From NCBI GenBank assembly GCA_012515195.1, contig JAAYYW010000128.1:1-55685 (forward strand): 55,685 nucleotides of DNA. The letters run 5' to 3'. A model generated the notes under the pieces. It ran no database searches and was not told the DNA's origin. It was given only the letters and a program-made list of their open reading frames with translations. How positions within the stretch are numbered: position 1 is the stretch's first letter; each line of letters starts with the position of its first letter. The DNA comes from Leptolinea sp. GTDB lineage: Bacteria > Chloroflexota > Anaerolineae > Anaerolineales > Anaerolineaceae. A program made the position numbers and the translations under genes. Below are positions 10,275 through 19,935 of the stretch, piece by piece.

Positions 10275-11303
10275 TTATGACCTGTTGAGAGTCTGTGCCA
10301 GGCAGCCATCTACCGCCAGTTTTAAATCACGCCGCCAGGTATCGCGATTGACATTTAAACGGGGCAGGAGCATAGCCTTTTTGTGGTGATTCTGGTATAC
10401 GTTGCCGGTTTCAGTCGTCACGGCAGAATGAAATCCAAGCCTGGCAGCCAACCGGGCTTCACGGTCTGTAACGTCCAATTTTGATCCATAGGGATAGGAA
10501 AAATGGACAACATCCAGACCGATTTTCTGCCGGATGATTTCCATGGATTTCCCCATCTCATCTCGGGCTTCCTCTTCAGATAAACCAGCCAGAGGTGGGT
10601 GCGAGCATGTGTGCGCGCCGATGGTTACCAGCGGATTGCGGCTCATTTCAATGATCTGGTCCCAGGAAAGTGTCAACCGTTCGGTGTAAGCAGAATAATC
10701 CACATGGAACAGAGAGAAAACAGCACGCCATGCGGCTGAAACCCCGACTGGCGATTTCATCACCAGGGAACAGATCGTCTGGAATGCCTTTCTTTTTTCA
10801 TCCAATGTCCGGGTGGAGATGCAGTAGTCTTTGTCATCGAGCGCGAATGACACTTCTTCATGTTTGACGAGCGTCTCTTCTAGAATATCCCACCAGAACA
10901 TGGCTTTGCGGTCAGGGAAATCTGTGGTGACATACATACAAAACGGGATATTCTCTTCTTGCAGGACAGGCATAGCCGTAGTCAACGTGTCGGTATATCC
11001 ATCATCAAACGTGAATGAGACAAACCGATTAGCCGATTTTTTTCCATTTATTCGATCCATCATCTCATCAAGGCTGATAAAATCAAAGCCCTGTTGACGG
11101 TAAAATTTGATCACATCTCGCAGGATCTGAGGAGTTACTTCATAAAGCTGGTTTTCCGGCAACCGTTGACCGCCATCAGGCTGTACTATGCGGTGGAACA
11201 TAAGGATCTGTCCCAGATAGGCGGCAAATGGTCTGGCGAACCGGGATAATTGCTTTTCATATAAATAATTATTTACGCGGTCTTTGATTGTTGGATTATT
11301 CAT
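10275..11303 (-). CDS. Polysaccharide deacetylase (CE4/NodB family)
   Basis: ILMFHRI, TFDDGY, GAHTCSH and FSYPYG motifs are intact. Confidence 0.88.
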   Translation of the reverse strand: MNNPTIKDRVNNYLYEKQLSRFARPFAAYLGQILMFHRIVQPDGGQRLPENQLYEVTPQILRDVIKFYRQQGFDFISLDEMMDRINGKKSANRFVSFTFDDGYTDTLTTAMPVLQEENIPFCMYVTTDFPDRKAMFWWDILEETLVKHEEVSFALDDKDYCISTRTLDEKRKAFQTICSLVMKSPVGVSAAWRAVFSLFHVDYSAYTERLTLSWDQIIEMSRNPLVTIGAHTCSHPPLAGLSEEEARDEMGKSMEIIRQKIGLDVVHFSYPYGSKLDVTDREARLAARLGFHSAVTTETGNVYQNHHKKAMLLPRLNVNRDTWRRDLKLAVDGCLAQTLNRS

Positions 11304-12765
11304 GAGAAAATCTTCTATTAAAACGTGTAATCAGTTTTCCAGCTTCAGCCTGGAAAAGCTGTAAGTCTTCTCTCCGGAGAATGCCGGAATTAAAGCTGAT
11401 AACAGTGAACATAACGAGAAACACCAGATCAATGATGATGTTGCTTTCATACACAAAGTACAGAGCCAGTCCGAGGGAAAGCAGGAACAATGGCTTGACA
11501 TAAGCGCTTATGCTGACCTCTACTTGTTTTCGTCTCAGAAAAAACACGTTCAAAGGGTTGACGACCGCCAGACCGATCAATGATGCGATGACCGCGCCAA
11601 CAACCTGGAACATGGGGATCAGGATAAAGTAACTTCCGAGAACAATTCCAAACCGGATGATATTAATGAACAACGGCTTTTCCTGTTCACCAATGGCAAC
11701 CAGAGTGTAGCCCATATTCGAATCAAGGGCAATAAAGATCAGAACGACCATCAGGGCGATGAATGGCGGCACGCTGGGAAGATACTGTTCGGAAAAGAAT
11801 ACTCGAAAGAACCAATCCCCCAACCCGAATGAAAGAATAACAGCCAAACCTCCCAGGAATGCTGTCAGCCGGTTTGCATGGTTGACCATATTGGAAATTC
11901 TTTCGAATTGTTTGGAAGAAAATAGATTGGTAATATACGGGAAGAATACTTCGATGAAAGACGTGTACAACATTTCAATACTTTCGGGAATCCGCCGCGC
12001 GAATTCATAGATGGCAATTTCGGCCGGACCGAAGAAATAGCCAATCACAAGAGTATCAGCCCGACTGTAGGCAAAAGCCAGGAGCTTATTCCCATAAAGG
12101 GGCAGACCAAATTTGAACAAGCGTTTGAACCATTCCAGGTCAAATTCAAATCTGAACCCGGATTGAACGGCCATAATGGAAATTATGAGACAAAGGATAT
12201 TGGGGACTAATCTGGCCCAGACCAAACCGTGCGCGCCCATATCCAATGGAATTACCAGGATGACTGTCAAAATGAGGCTGGTGAGACCATAGGTAAAATT
12301 GATGATCGCCAGAGATTTGAATTTTAACAATCCCTGCAGAATGTACGCATAATAATCGAGCAAGCCTTCAACGAAGAGAAATGCCGGAAGATACAGCAAC
12401 AAAAGCTGAGGAACTTTGCCACCCATTAACTGATAGAGATTATCATCAAAAAGAAAGATCAAAATACAGATCAGCACCATGCTTAAAGCCCTGAAGATAA
12501 TACCGGTGTTGATAATCTTCCGGCGTTCGCGTATATCTTCTGTACCGGCAATGAAACGGGTTGTGACGGTATCCATTCCAAGCTCGCCGAAAGACAACCC
12601 CAGGCTTATCAATACCTGTAGTAGGACAAACCCACCGTATTCTTCCTGTGACATCCACCGGGCATAGACGAGCATGCAAAGAATACCGAATACCACGGTC
12701 GACACTTTCCCCAGGCCGGACGAAAGGACATTACTAAAAAAATGGGAAAGAGAGGATTTCGACAT
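11296..12765 (-). CDS. wzx: Oligosaccharide flippase (Wzx/MOP family)
   Basis: 489 aa, many TM helices, AR-x-M-x-x-EEYG N-terminal pattern, SRADTLVIGYFFG; located in a glycan locus. Confidence 0.85.
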   Translation of the reverse strand: MSKSSLSHFFSNVLSSGLGKVSTVVFGILCMLVYARWMSQEEYGGFVLLQVLISLGLSFGELGMDTVTTRFIAGTEDIRERRKIINTGIIFRALSMVLICILIFLFDDNLYQLMGGKVPQLLLLYLPAFLFVEGLLDYYAYILQGLLKFKSLAIINFTYGLTSLILTVILVIPLDMGAHGLVWARLVPNILCLIISIMAVQSGFRFEFDLEWFKRLFKFGLPLYGNKLLAFAYSRADTLVIGYFFGPAEIAIYEFARRIPESIEMLYTSFIEVFFPYITNLFSSKQFERISNMVNHANRLTAFLGGLAVILSFGLGDWFFRVFFSEQYLPSVPPFIALMVVLIFIALDSNMGYTLVAIGEQEKPLFINIIRFGIVLGSYFILIPMFQVVGAVIASLIGLAVVNPLNVFFLRRKQVEVSISAYVKPLFLLSLGLALYFVYESNIIIDLVFLVMFTVISFNSGILRREDLQLFQAEAGKLITRFNRRFSHE

Positions 12766-12880
12766 ATTCCTTTATAGATAAATCAAGGTAGTGATAGTTC
12801 TTTAATGTAAGACCGGTTATGAAACAGCACGGGAGGCAGCACGTATAAATAAGAGCGCAGCCGATTTGTAGGTGACCGTA

Positions 12881-13531
12881 TTATCCGGCGCCTTTGGCAA
12901 AGATCACCGCAGGAATTGTGAGAATAATGAGTTTCAAATCCAACCAGATCGACCAGTTACGAATATAGCGGATATCCATGCGAAGCTGGTCATCAAAAGC
13001 CACCCGCCCCCTGCCGTTGACCTGCCAGTAACCTGTGATTCCCGGGAATGCCAGAAATCGTTCGTTGTGCCACAGGCTGAATTCTTCCACTTCATACATG
13101 GGGAGCGGCCGTGGTCCAACAATGCTCATCTCGCCCTTTACGACATTGATCAACTGAGGAAGCTCATCCAGGCTTGTTTTTCGCAGCAGCTTTCCCATTC
13201 GCGTCACCCTGCGGTCATTGAGCAATTTCACATCGGTTCTTATGTCTACTTTGCCGGAGATGTAATCTTTGATGTGTTTTTTGTGTATCGATTCGTCTGC
13301 ATTGGCCTGCATGGTCCGGAATTTATAGCAATAGAAAGGGATGCAATCGATGCCGGCGCGTTTTTGTTTAAAAAAAACAGAGCCCTTTGAATCAAGTTTG
13401 ATTGCGATGGCAATAAGGGAAAAGAGGGGAATGAGAACTGGTAAGGCTATCAAGATCAGGCCGATGTCGGCTGTCCGCTTAAGAAAAAAATCACGCAATC
13501 CATAAATGGAATTTCTTCTATCGATTTTCAC
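12881..13531 (-). CDS. Small priming phosphoglycosyl transferase (PglC/Bac_transf type), motifs intact
   Basis: KRTAD, YKFRTM, RKTSLDELPQ, GEMSIVGPRP and PGITGYWQV. Confidence 0.9.
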   Translation of the reverse strand: MKIDRRNSIYGLRDFFLKRTADIGLILIALPVLIPLFSLIAIAIKLDSKGSVFFKQKRAGIDCIPFYCYKFRTMQANADESIHKKHIKDYISGKVDIRTDVKLLNDRRVTRMGKLLRKTSLDELPQLINVVKGEMSIVGPRPLPMYEVEEFSLWHNERFLAFPGITGYWQVNGRGRVAFDDQLRMDIRYIRNWSIWLDLKLIILTIPAVIFAKGAG

Positions 13532-13641
13532 GGCTGAATATTACCACACATTGATTTTTGACTGGATTTGCCTCACCGACTCTGATAATACGATCGAATC
13601 GGGGGGTTCCAAAGGATGCTGACGCCTTTGAGCCTTGATGC

Positions 13642-14601
13642 CTAACGGGATTCATAAATGCTGATATTGTCGACATAGATGGTCGCCGGATCGGGCGCAA
13701 TACGGTCGGCATAACTGTTGACACTCCAGAAAACGTTTTTTCCGCCCGGTTTGGTCGCGATATTCCTGATATCAAAGATCTTTGTTCCGTCCTGGTATAT
13801 CTCAACATAACCTGTTTCATCACTGCTTGCCATGAAGTAGCCTGTAATATTGACCCAACGGTCTGTTGGGAATGGTATGGGATTGGATTGTGGGATATGT
13901 TCAGATGGCGTATCCGCATCTCCGTTCGGGGAATAGAAAAGATTGGCATACAACGCGGCTCCGCGATTTAGAATATTCAAACTTATCACTGGAATTTCAT
14001 ACCCGTTATCTTCACTCTTCCATTGCCATACATTCCACCAATTGCCGGTAAGGATATTCCCGGGGATATAGAAATCAGCTGAATAGATACCCAACGGAGT
14101 TGAAGGCACCCGGTATGTAAAGAAATATGCTGCCGTAGTGTTGCCCGAACCAATGGAGAGCGACGCGGCAAAATTTCCAATGGCGGGTTGTGTAACAATC
14201 GAGTGATTGAAATAGACCCCCTTGCCAAAAAACTCGGCGTCATTGCCTTCAAACATGGAGAAGTCGCCGGATTCGAAATCGGCCATGAATATCATGTTTC
14301 CAGATGGTTGCGACGGGAAGGAATTTTCAGATAAATTTTCCCCAGTCGATGGCTGAAGGGTGGGTGGCGCTTCGGTCTCAATGGGGGGCAAGGTGCTCTG
14401 ATTATCCGGGCAAAAACAAACCGGTGTAGAGGCGGATAGCGTTTGGTAACAGGCTCGTTCAATAACCTCTTGTGACATACAGCCGCTTAGCACAACGGTC
14501 ATCATAACCACTGTCAGACCACGGAACATTACCAGGCGTGTTAACTGGCAGAGTATTCCGGGTATGTGTGTTGGTGAAATAGTGGCGGGCAAATTTGGCA
14601 T
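13642..14601 (-). CDS. Lipoprotein with a polysaccharide-lyase-like beta-jelly-roll domain
   Basis: Lipobox VVLSGC (alternative start 14529), Pro/Thr linker, then DFESGD...WWNVWQWKS...GYVEIYQDG...IYVDNI domain. Paralogous to the C-terminus of 36101-38350. Confidence 0.65.
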   Translation of the reverse strand: MPNLPATISPTHIPGILCQLTRLVMFRGLTVVMMTVVLSGCMSQEVIERACYQTLSASTPVCFCPDNQSTLPPIETEAPPTLQPSTGENLSENSFPSQPSGNMIFMADFESGDFSMFEGNDAEFFGKGVYFNHSIVTQPAIGNFAASLSIGSGNTTAAYFFTYRVPSTPLGIYSADFYIPGNILTGNWWNVWQWKSEDNGYEIPVISLNILNRGAALYANLFYSPNGDADTPSEHIPQSNPIPFPTDRWVNITGYFMASSDETGYVEIYQDGTKIFDIRNIATKPGGKNVFWSVNSYADRIAPDPATIYVDNISIYESR

Positions 14602-15091
14602 GGTAATTCAAGGTATATCGTTATAGCTATTATCGGCTTCAAATTCAAGACCATAACCCAATTTTACAGCTTTCCCGGTTGAAGCAAAAAAGTTCACAAT
14701 GGATATTCAAATCTATTGAAGGTTCTATTGATCAGGTGACAACCGGGAGTAGAACTGTTTCGAAAAGCCTGTAAGAACTTATTTACATTCTGAACCAGAT
14801 TATATTAAAAGGAAAGAAGAAATAAATTGAGCGCAAAAACAACTTAATTCATGGTTTTTTACAATTTCCACAAATAAACAGGCGTATAATTTACACACAG
14901 AAGTAAATAATTCAAAACGTTTGCCGTTGTCTCGGATAAATCTCATATATTTCAGGAACATTATCCTTTAAATATGTGGCAAACCTCAATTGATTTTTTT
15001 ATTTTTTCCATTCGATTTTAATGTGGTAATCTTGTATAATCGAAAATGAATCCAACGAAAATCCTACGGTATTCTTAAAAACAGGAGATCC

Positions 15092-16111
15092 ATGGAAAAA
15101 CTCATCGATGTTGCCGTTATTGGATGCGGTTATTGGGGAAGGAATTATGTCCGCTTGTTATCACAATTACCGGGCGCTAACCTGGCAGGTATCTGTGATC
15201 AATCTCCTTCCCGTAAAGAAGAAGCTGCCAAGATCAATCACGACGCCCCGTTTTTTGATGATCTTGACACAATGGTCAGGGAGTGCAAGTTTGACGCTGC
15301 AATTGTTTGCACCAATCCGTCAGGGCATTTCGCCATCACCAAACGTTTACTGGAAGCTGGTAAGCATATTCTGGTCGAGAAACCCATTACCACCTCTGTC
15401 AACGATGCTGAAGAATTAATAAAGGTCGCAGATTTAAACAATAAAGTATTGATGGTTGGACATACCTTCCTCTTTAATGCAGGTATTCAGGAAGTAAAGA
15501 ATTACATAGACTCCGGCCAGGTAGGCCGGGTCTATTATATGTACGCCAGGCGTACCAATCTTGGACCCATCCGGGATGATGTAAACGCTATATGGGACCT
15601 TGCGCCGCACGATATTTCGATTTTTAATTTCTTTATGGGCGATCGACCGGAATGGGTGAGCGCGGTCGGCAGCGCATTCCATAGCACCAGGGTTGATGCA
15701 GGTTTTATTGTTCTGAATTACCCCAACGGGAAGAAAGCGAACATCCACGTTAGTTGGGCCGACCCACACAAGGTTCGCGAACTGGTTGTGATCGGAAGTG
15801 ACCAACGGGTAGTTTTTAATGATATGGTCTCACAGGAAAAAGTAACCATATATAAGAAAGGCATTCCGGCATCATCGTTACCGAATTTCAACTATGTGGA
15901 TTATCAATTCTCTCTGCGCGATGGTGATATTGTAGTTCCAACGATCTCGTACGGAGAACCGCTCAAGAACCAGGTTCTGCATTTCATGGATTGTGCGGAG
16001 CATGGAAAGCGCCCGATAACCGATGGAAAAAGCGGCGCGGATGTGATCAGAGTACTGGAAGCGATCGACATGTCCATCAAGCAGGATGGAGTTCCGGTAA
16101 AGATAGGATAG
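15092..16111 (+). CDS. Gfo/Idh/MocA oxidoreductase (WbpB/GnnA-like nucleotide-sugar 3-dehydrogenase)
   Basis: IGCGYWG, ILVEKP, DLAPHD; AGGAG RBS; adjacent to a DegT aminotransferase. Confidence 0.85.
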   Translation: MEKLIDVAVIGCGYWGRNYVRLLSQLPGANLAGICDQSPSRKEEAAKINHDAPFFDDLDTMVRECKFDAAIVCTNPSGHFAITKRLLEAGKHILVEKPITTSVNDAEELIKVADLNNKVLMVGHTFLFNAGIQEVKNYIDSGQVGRVYYMYARRTNLGPIRDDVNAIWDLAPHDISIFNFFMGDRPEWVSAVGSAFHSTRVDAGFIVLNYPNGKKANIHVSWADPHKVRELVVIGSDQRVVFNDMVSQEKVTIYKKGIPASSLPNFNYVDYQFSLRDGDIVVPTISYGEPLKNQVLHFMDCAEHGKRPITDGKSGADVIRVLEAIDMSIKQDGVPVKIG

Positions 16112-16116
16112 GAAAA

Positions 16117-17238
16117 ATGGCCAACACAGAAATCAATAAAGTCTCGTTTGTAGATCTTGCCGCTCAATATCAGACCATTAAAACTGAGGTAGATGCGGCT
16201 ATCGCTTCGGTGATTCAGAATACCGCCTTCATTCTGGGACCCGAAGTCCGGAAATTTGAAGAGGAATTTGCGCAGTTTTGCGAAACAAAATACGCCGTGG
16301 GTGTTGATTCTGGCACTTCGGCCATTGAATTGATCATGCGCGCGCTTGAAATCGGCCCCGGTGATGAAGTGATCATCCCGGCTAATACATTTATTGCCAC
16401 GGCTTTGGGTGTTTCTTTCACCGGTGCCAAACCGGTATTTGTGGAACCGGAAGCGAAGACTTACAACATTGATGTTACCAGGATAGAGGCAGCCATCACT
16501 CCGCGAACAAAAGCCATTATGCCCGTTCATCTGTACGGGCAAACGGCTGATATGGACCCGATTTTAGATATTGCGAAAAAACACGGACTGTTTGTGGTTG
16601 AAGATGCCTGCCAGGCACACGGCGCACGGTACAAAGGCAAACGCGCTGGCTCAATGGGTATCGCGTCTGCTTTCAGTTTCTATCCGGGAAAGAATCTTGG
16701 TGCATACGGCGATGGCGGCGGGATCACCACCAATGACGAGAAAATACTCGCGAAATTGCATCGCTTGCGGGATTATGGGCAATCGGAAAAATATCATCAT
16801 GACGAACTTGGGTACAACCGTCGACTCGATTCCATGCAGGCGGCCATTCTTCGTGTCAAATTGCGCTACATCGACTCGTGGAATCAAGCCCGGCGCGACC
16901 ATGCGGATTATTATTCAAAGCTTCTCTCTGGCACGAAATATGTAACTCCTATAGTTCCTGCATATGCTGAGCCAATCTGGCATTTGTATGTCATTCAAAC
17001 AGAACAGCGTGATATGTTGATGAAATTCCTCTCTGGAATGGGCATTTACACAGGTATCCATTACCCGATACCCATTCATTTGCAGGGAGCCTACAAAGAT
17101 CTGGGTTACAAAACGGGTGATTTTCCTCTTACCGAAACCCAGAGTCAGAAAATTGTCTCCTTGCCTATGTTCGCAGAATTGAGTGACGAAATGGTTAAAT
17201 ATGTTGTCGATGGCCTGTTGAAATTTACTGGCTCCTAG
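16117..17238 (+). CDS. DegT/DnrJ/EryC1/StrS sugar aminotransferase
   Basis: EDACQAHGA and [16 protein letters not shown] (PLP lysine); start at ATG 16117. Confidence 0.92.
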   Translation: MANTEINKVSFVDLAAQYQTIKTEVDAAIASVIQNTAFILGPEVRKFEEEFAQFCETKYAVGVDSGTSAIELIMRALEIGPGDEVIIPANTFIATALGVSFTGAKPVFVEPEAKTYNIDVTRIEAAITPRTKAIMPVHLYGQTADMDPILDIAKKHGLFVVEDACQAHGARYKGKRAGSMGIASAFSFYPGKNLGAYGDGGGITTNDEKILAKLHRLRDYGQSEKYHHDELGYNRRLDSMQAAILRVKLRYIDSWNQARRDHADYYSKLLSGTKYVTPIVPAYAEPIWHLYVIQTEQRDMLMKFLSGMGIYTGIHYPIPIHLQGAYKDLGYKTGDFPLTETQSQKIVSLPMFAELSDEMVKYVVDGLLKFTGS

Positions 17239-17269
17239 ATTTTTTCTCTTACACGATCGGACTGAAACG

Positions 17270-18058
17270 ATGTATGTAATCTCAATCTCACAGGGGAAAG
17301 GAGGGGTGGGAAAAACAACAACAGCGATCTCGCTTGGATCCGCTCTTGTTGAGCTTAATAAAAGAGTTCTGATTATTGATATTGATCCTCAAGAACATGT
17401 GCAGGTGTCATTCAATAGCAATAATCATGAGCACATGTATGGTATGGATGATGTTCTGCTGGACAAGGTTCCCATATCAAAAGCCATTCGCAAAACCGCT
17501 TTCAAAGACCTTTTCTATATTACTTCCGGGAAACGGATTATTTTGGCGGAACAGTACCTTCCCATACATAAAAAGTACTACAAGACAATAAAAAATTGTC
17601 TGCAGGAACTTACGTTTTTCTTTGATTATGTGATCATTGATTGCCCTCCACTATTGGGTGCCCTTACGATGAATGCCATTGTAGCGGCTGATTTGGTGAT
17701 AATCCCTTCACTCCCTGATGCGTATTCGATGGTTGCCGTGGGACGGACAGTAAATTGGATTACCCAAATACAGAAAAAATATAACCCGGGCCTGACATAT
17801 CGGATTCTAGTTACGATGTTCAGTAAAGGTGTAATGACACACACGATGATGTATGAGAAACTGTCTGATTCTTTGAAAGATAAACTTTTCCAGACAGTAA
17901 TTTTTACAAACAGTAAGTTGCGGGAAAGTCAAATCGCAGGGATTCCGATCATTAATTATTCGCCCAAAGCTATTTCATCAGAACAATATCGTCAGGTTGC
18001 CAAGGAGGTGTTAGATCATGTCCAGTCTGAAAGTGAAGTTAGACAAGCGGATAGATAA
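17270..18058 (+). CDS. ParA/Soj-family (MinD-like) ATPase
   Basis: Deviant Walker A KGGVGKTT, A' DIDPQ, Walker B IIDCPP; no parB nearby. Confidence 0.88.
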   Translation: MYVISISQGKGGVGKTTTAISLGSALVELNKRVLIIDIDPQEHVQVSFNSNNHEHMYGMDDVLLDKVPISKAIRKTAFKDLFYITSGKRIILAEQYLPIHKKYYKTIKNCLQELTFFFDYVIIDCPPLLGALTMNAIVAADLVIIPSLPDAYSMVAVGRTVNWITQIQKKYNPGLTYRILVTMFSKGVMTHTMMYEKLSDSLKDKLFQTVIFTNSKLRESQIAGIPIINYSPKAISSEQYRQVAKEVLDHVQSESEVRQADR

Positions 18059-19904
18059 GATCGTTGGCGCCATTGATATATCTGGTAATGATACAGAGTT
18101 AGTTCAAACCAGTGTCGAGTTTCCCGGCTGGTCATGGAAGTGCGATGCCAAAGGGAAATTCCTTACATGCTCTGATGAAGTCTTTGATTGCCTGGGGATT
18201 ACGCCAAATGAATTTATCAATAAATCACTCATCACATTCCGGTTAACCAATGACAGCTCCTGTGAGCTGGGAAAGTACATCGCCGAATCCAATGAAGGTG
18301 GGAATATTGTTGTCTCGTATGAACACGCGGATGGCAAACATGTAGTTGTCAATCTGAATCTGGCCCCACAGGTTAACAGTAAGAATGAGTTTATTGGGTG
18401 GAGCGGATTTAATCAGGTTATAGAAGAAATTGCTGCTCCCCCAGTGCCAACACCTGCCGCGGCTGGAGAACCAGTTATCGAAAAAACCTCCATTGAAACT
18501 CAGCCGACTGTTCCCTTAACATCATTGCTATCTTTACCGGCGACTGAGCCGCTTTCGAGTTCGAAACCGCCGGTTTACGAAGAAGAACCCTTCGCATTGT
18601 CAGATTACTTTATGATCCTCCTGCGACGCCGGTGGGTCGTGCTGATGACATTCTTCTTTACCATGTTAATCGTCGCTTCCATTCTGTCGCAAATGCCCAG
18701 TCAGTACACGGCGAAGACTATTGTCAGGGTGACCAATCCGCGTTCGGGCAGTGCTGATTATGTGGACTACAACACAGAGTTGGGGCAAAGGCTTCTGGGT
18801 ACTTATGTTGAGATCGCCAATGGTGAAGTAGTAAAACAGCAGCTGAGTAAATTTGTTGACCGCATGCCGACCATAAATGCGGAACAGATCGCCAACTCCG
18901 AATTGTTTGAGATTACCGCTGAAGATCCTGACCCAGGTCTGGCTCAATTTGCGGCTAACAAACTGGCGGAGATCATCATCGCCGAAGGTGCCCAGCGTAT
19001 CAGCACAGATACTACGATAAACGTCTACATCGCCGAAGCTGCCTCGCTGCCGTCAGAACCTTCCAGCGCGAGCCCCTGGCTGTTGATTGGACTGGCTGCT
19101 TTCGTTGGTCTACTGGGTGGCTCTGGTCTTGCCTTTATCTTCGAAAATCTGGATACCCGCCTGTACTCGGATAAGCAGATTGAGTCGCTGACTGATTTGC
19201 ATGTTGTTGGTAATATCCCTGATGATGGAAATGTGGACAACAAAAAAGGCGTGGTATTCACAAAGAGAATACACAATGAAGCATTTCAACGGATGCGCAC
19301 CAACATCTTCACCCGCGATGGGCGAAAAACATTAAAAACACTGTTGATTACAAGCCCGGTTCCCCGAGATGGTAAATCAACTGTTGTAGTGAACTTTGCG
19401 CTAAATCTGACAAAGGGAAATCGATCTGTCTGCCTTTTGGATGCGAACCTTCGATTCCCATCGATTCATACTTTTTTTGACATTGATAACCAGATTGGTT
19501 TAAGTGATGTGTTGGAAGGGCGAGCCAACCTTGAAGATGTGACACACAAAACCGGGTCTACTTTCCTGAGTGTTATTCCCAGTGGGTCATCGGTTGCGAA
19601 CCCGGTGGATATTCTAGACTCGGATAAGATGCGGGAAGTAGTCGCACAGCTGGAGAAAGATTTTGAAATCGTTCTAATCGATTCCCCGGCGTCTACTTCG
19701 GTAACCGACCCGGCTGTTCTTTCCAGCCTGGCAGATGGCGTTCTACTGGTTGTGCGTCATGGATGGGTGCGGCAAGAAGCATTGACCCGTGCGATAAAGT
19801 ATCTAAAGAATGTCGATGCGAATATTGTCGGGGTTGTGTCAAATAGAACTGACCAGGGTGTACGGGCGAAATTATTCCAGGTGGCAAGCAGGAAATCGAA
19901 ATGA
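18018..19904 (+). CDS. Polysaccharide co-polymerase/BY-kinase (Wzc-like) with N-terminal PAS domain
   Basis: AAGGAGGTG RBS at 18002-18010. PAS-like region (WKCDAKGKFLTCS...LGITPNEFINKS...HADGKHVVV...IGWSG), Pro linker, two TMs flanking a Wzz-type loop, kinase motifs TSPVPRDGKST, LDANLR and LIDSP. Confidence 0.82.
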   Translation: MSSLKVKLDKRIDKIVGAIDISGNDTELVQTSVEFPGWSWKCDAKGKFLTCSDEVFDCLGITPNEFINKSLITFRLTNDSSCELGKYIAESNEGGNIVVSYEHADGKHVVVNLNLAPQVNSKNEFIGWSGFNQVIEEIAAPPVPTPAAAGEPVIEKTSIETQPTVPLTSLLSLPATEPLSSSKPPVYEEEPFALSDYFMILLRRRWVVLMTFFFTMLIVASILSQMPSQYTAKTIVRVTNPRSGSADYVDYNTELGQRLLGTYVEIANGEVVKQQLSKFVDRMPTINAEQIANSELFEITAEDPDPGLAQFAANKLAEIIIAEGAQRISTDTTINVYIAEAASLPSEPSSASPWLLIGLAAFVGLLGGSGLAFIFENLDTRLYSDKQIESLTDLHVVGNIPDDGNVDNKKGVVFTKRIHNEAFQRMRTNIFTRDGRKTLKTLLITSPVPRDGKSTVVVNFALNLTKGNRSVCLLDANLRFPSIHTFFDIDNQIGLSDVLEGRANLEDVTHKTGSTFLSVIPSGSSVANPVDILDSDKMREVVAQLEKDFEIVLIDSPASTSVTDPAVLSSLADGVLLVVRHGWVRQEALTRAIKYLKNVDANIVGVVSNRTDQGVRAKLFQVASRKSK

Positions 19905-19935
19905 TCCGGCGATTAGATGAGGTGGTTGGAGAATT

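Noticed and set aside
14976-15000. GGCAAAC as the start of a c-di-GMP-I riboswitch
   Set aside because: The following GNRA stem and GACGCAAAGC segment are absent.
17270-18058. ParA as evidence of a plasmid, prophage or chromosome partition locus
   Set aside because: No parB, parS repeats, rep or integrase; the gene is embedded in an EPS operon.
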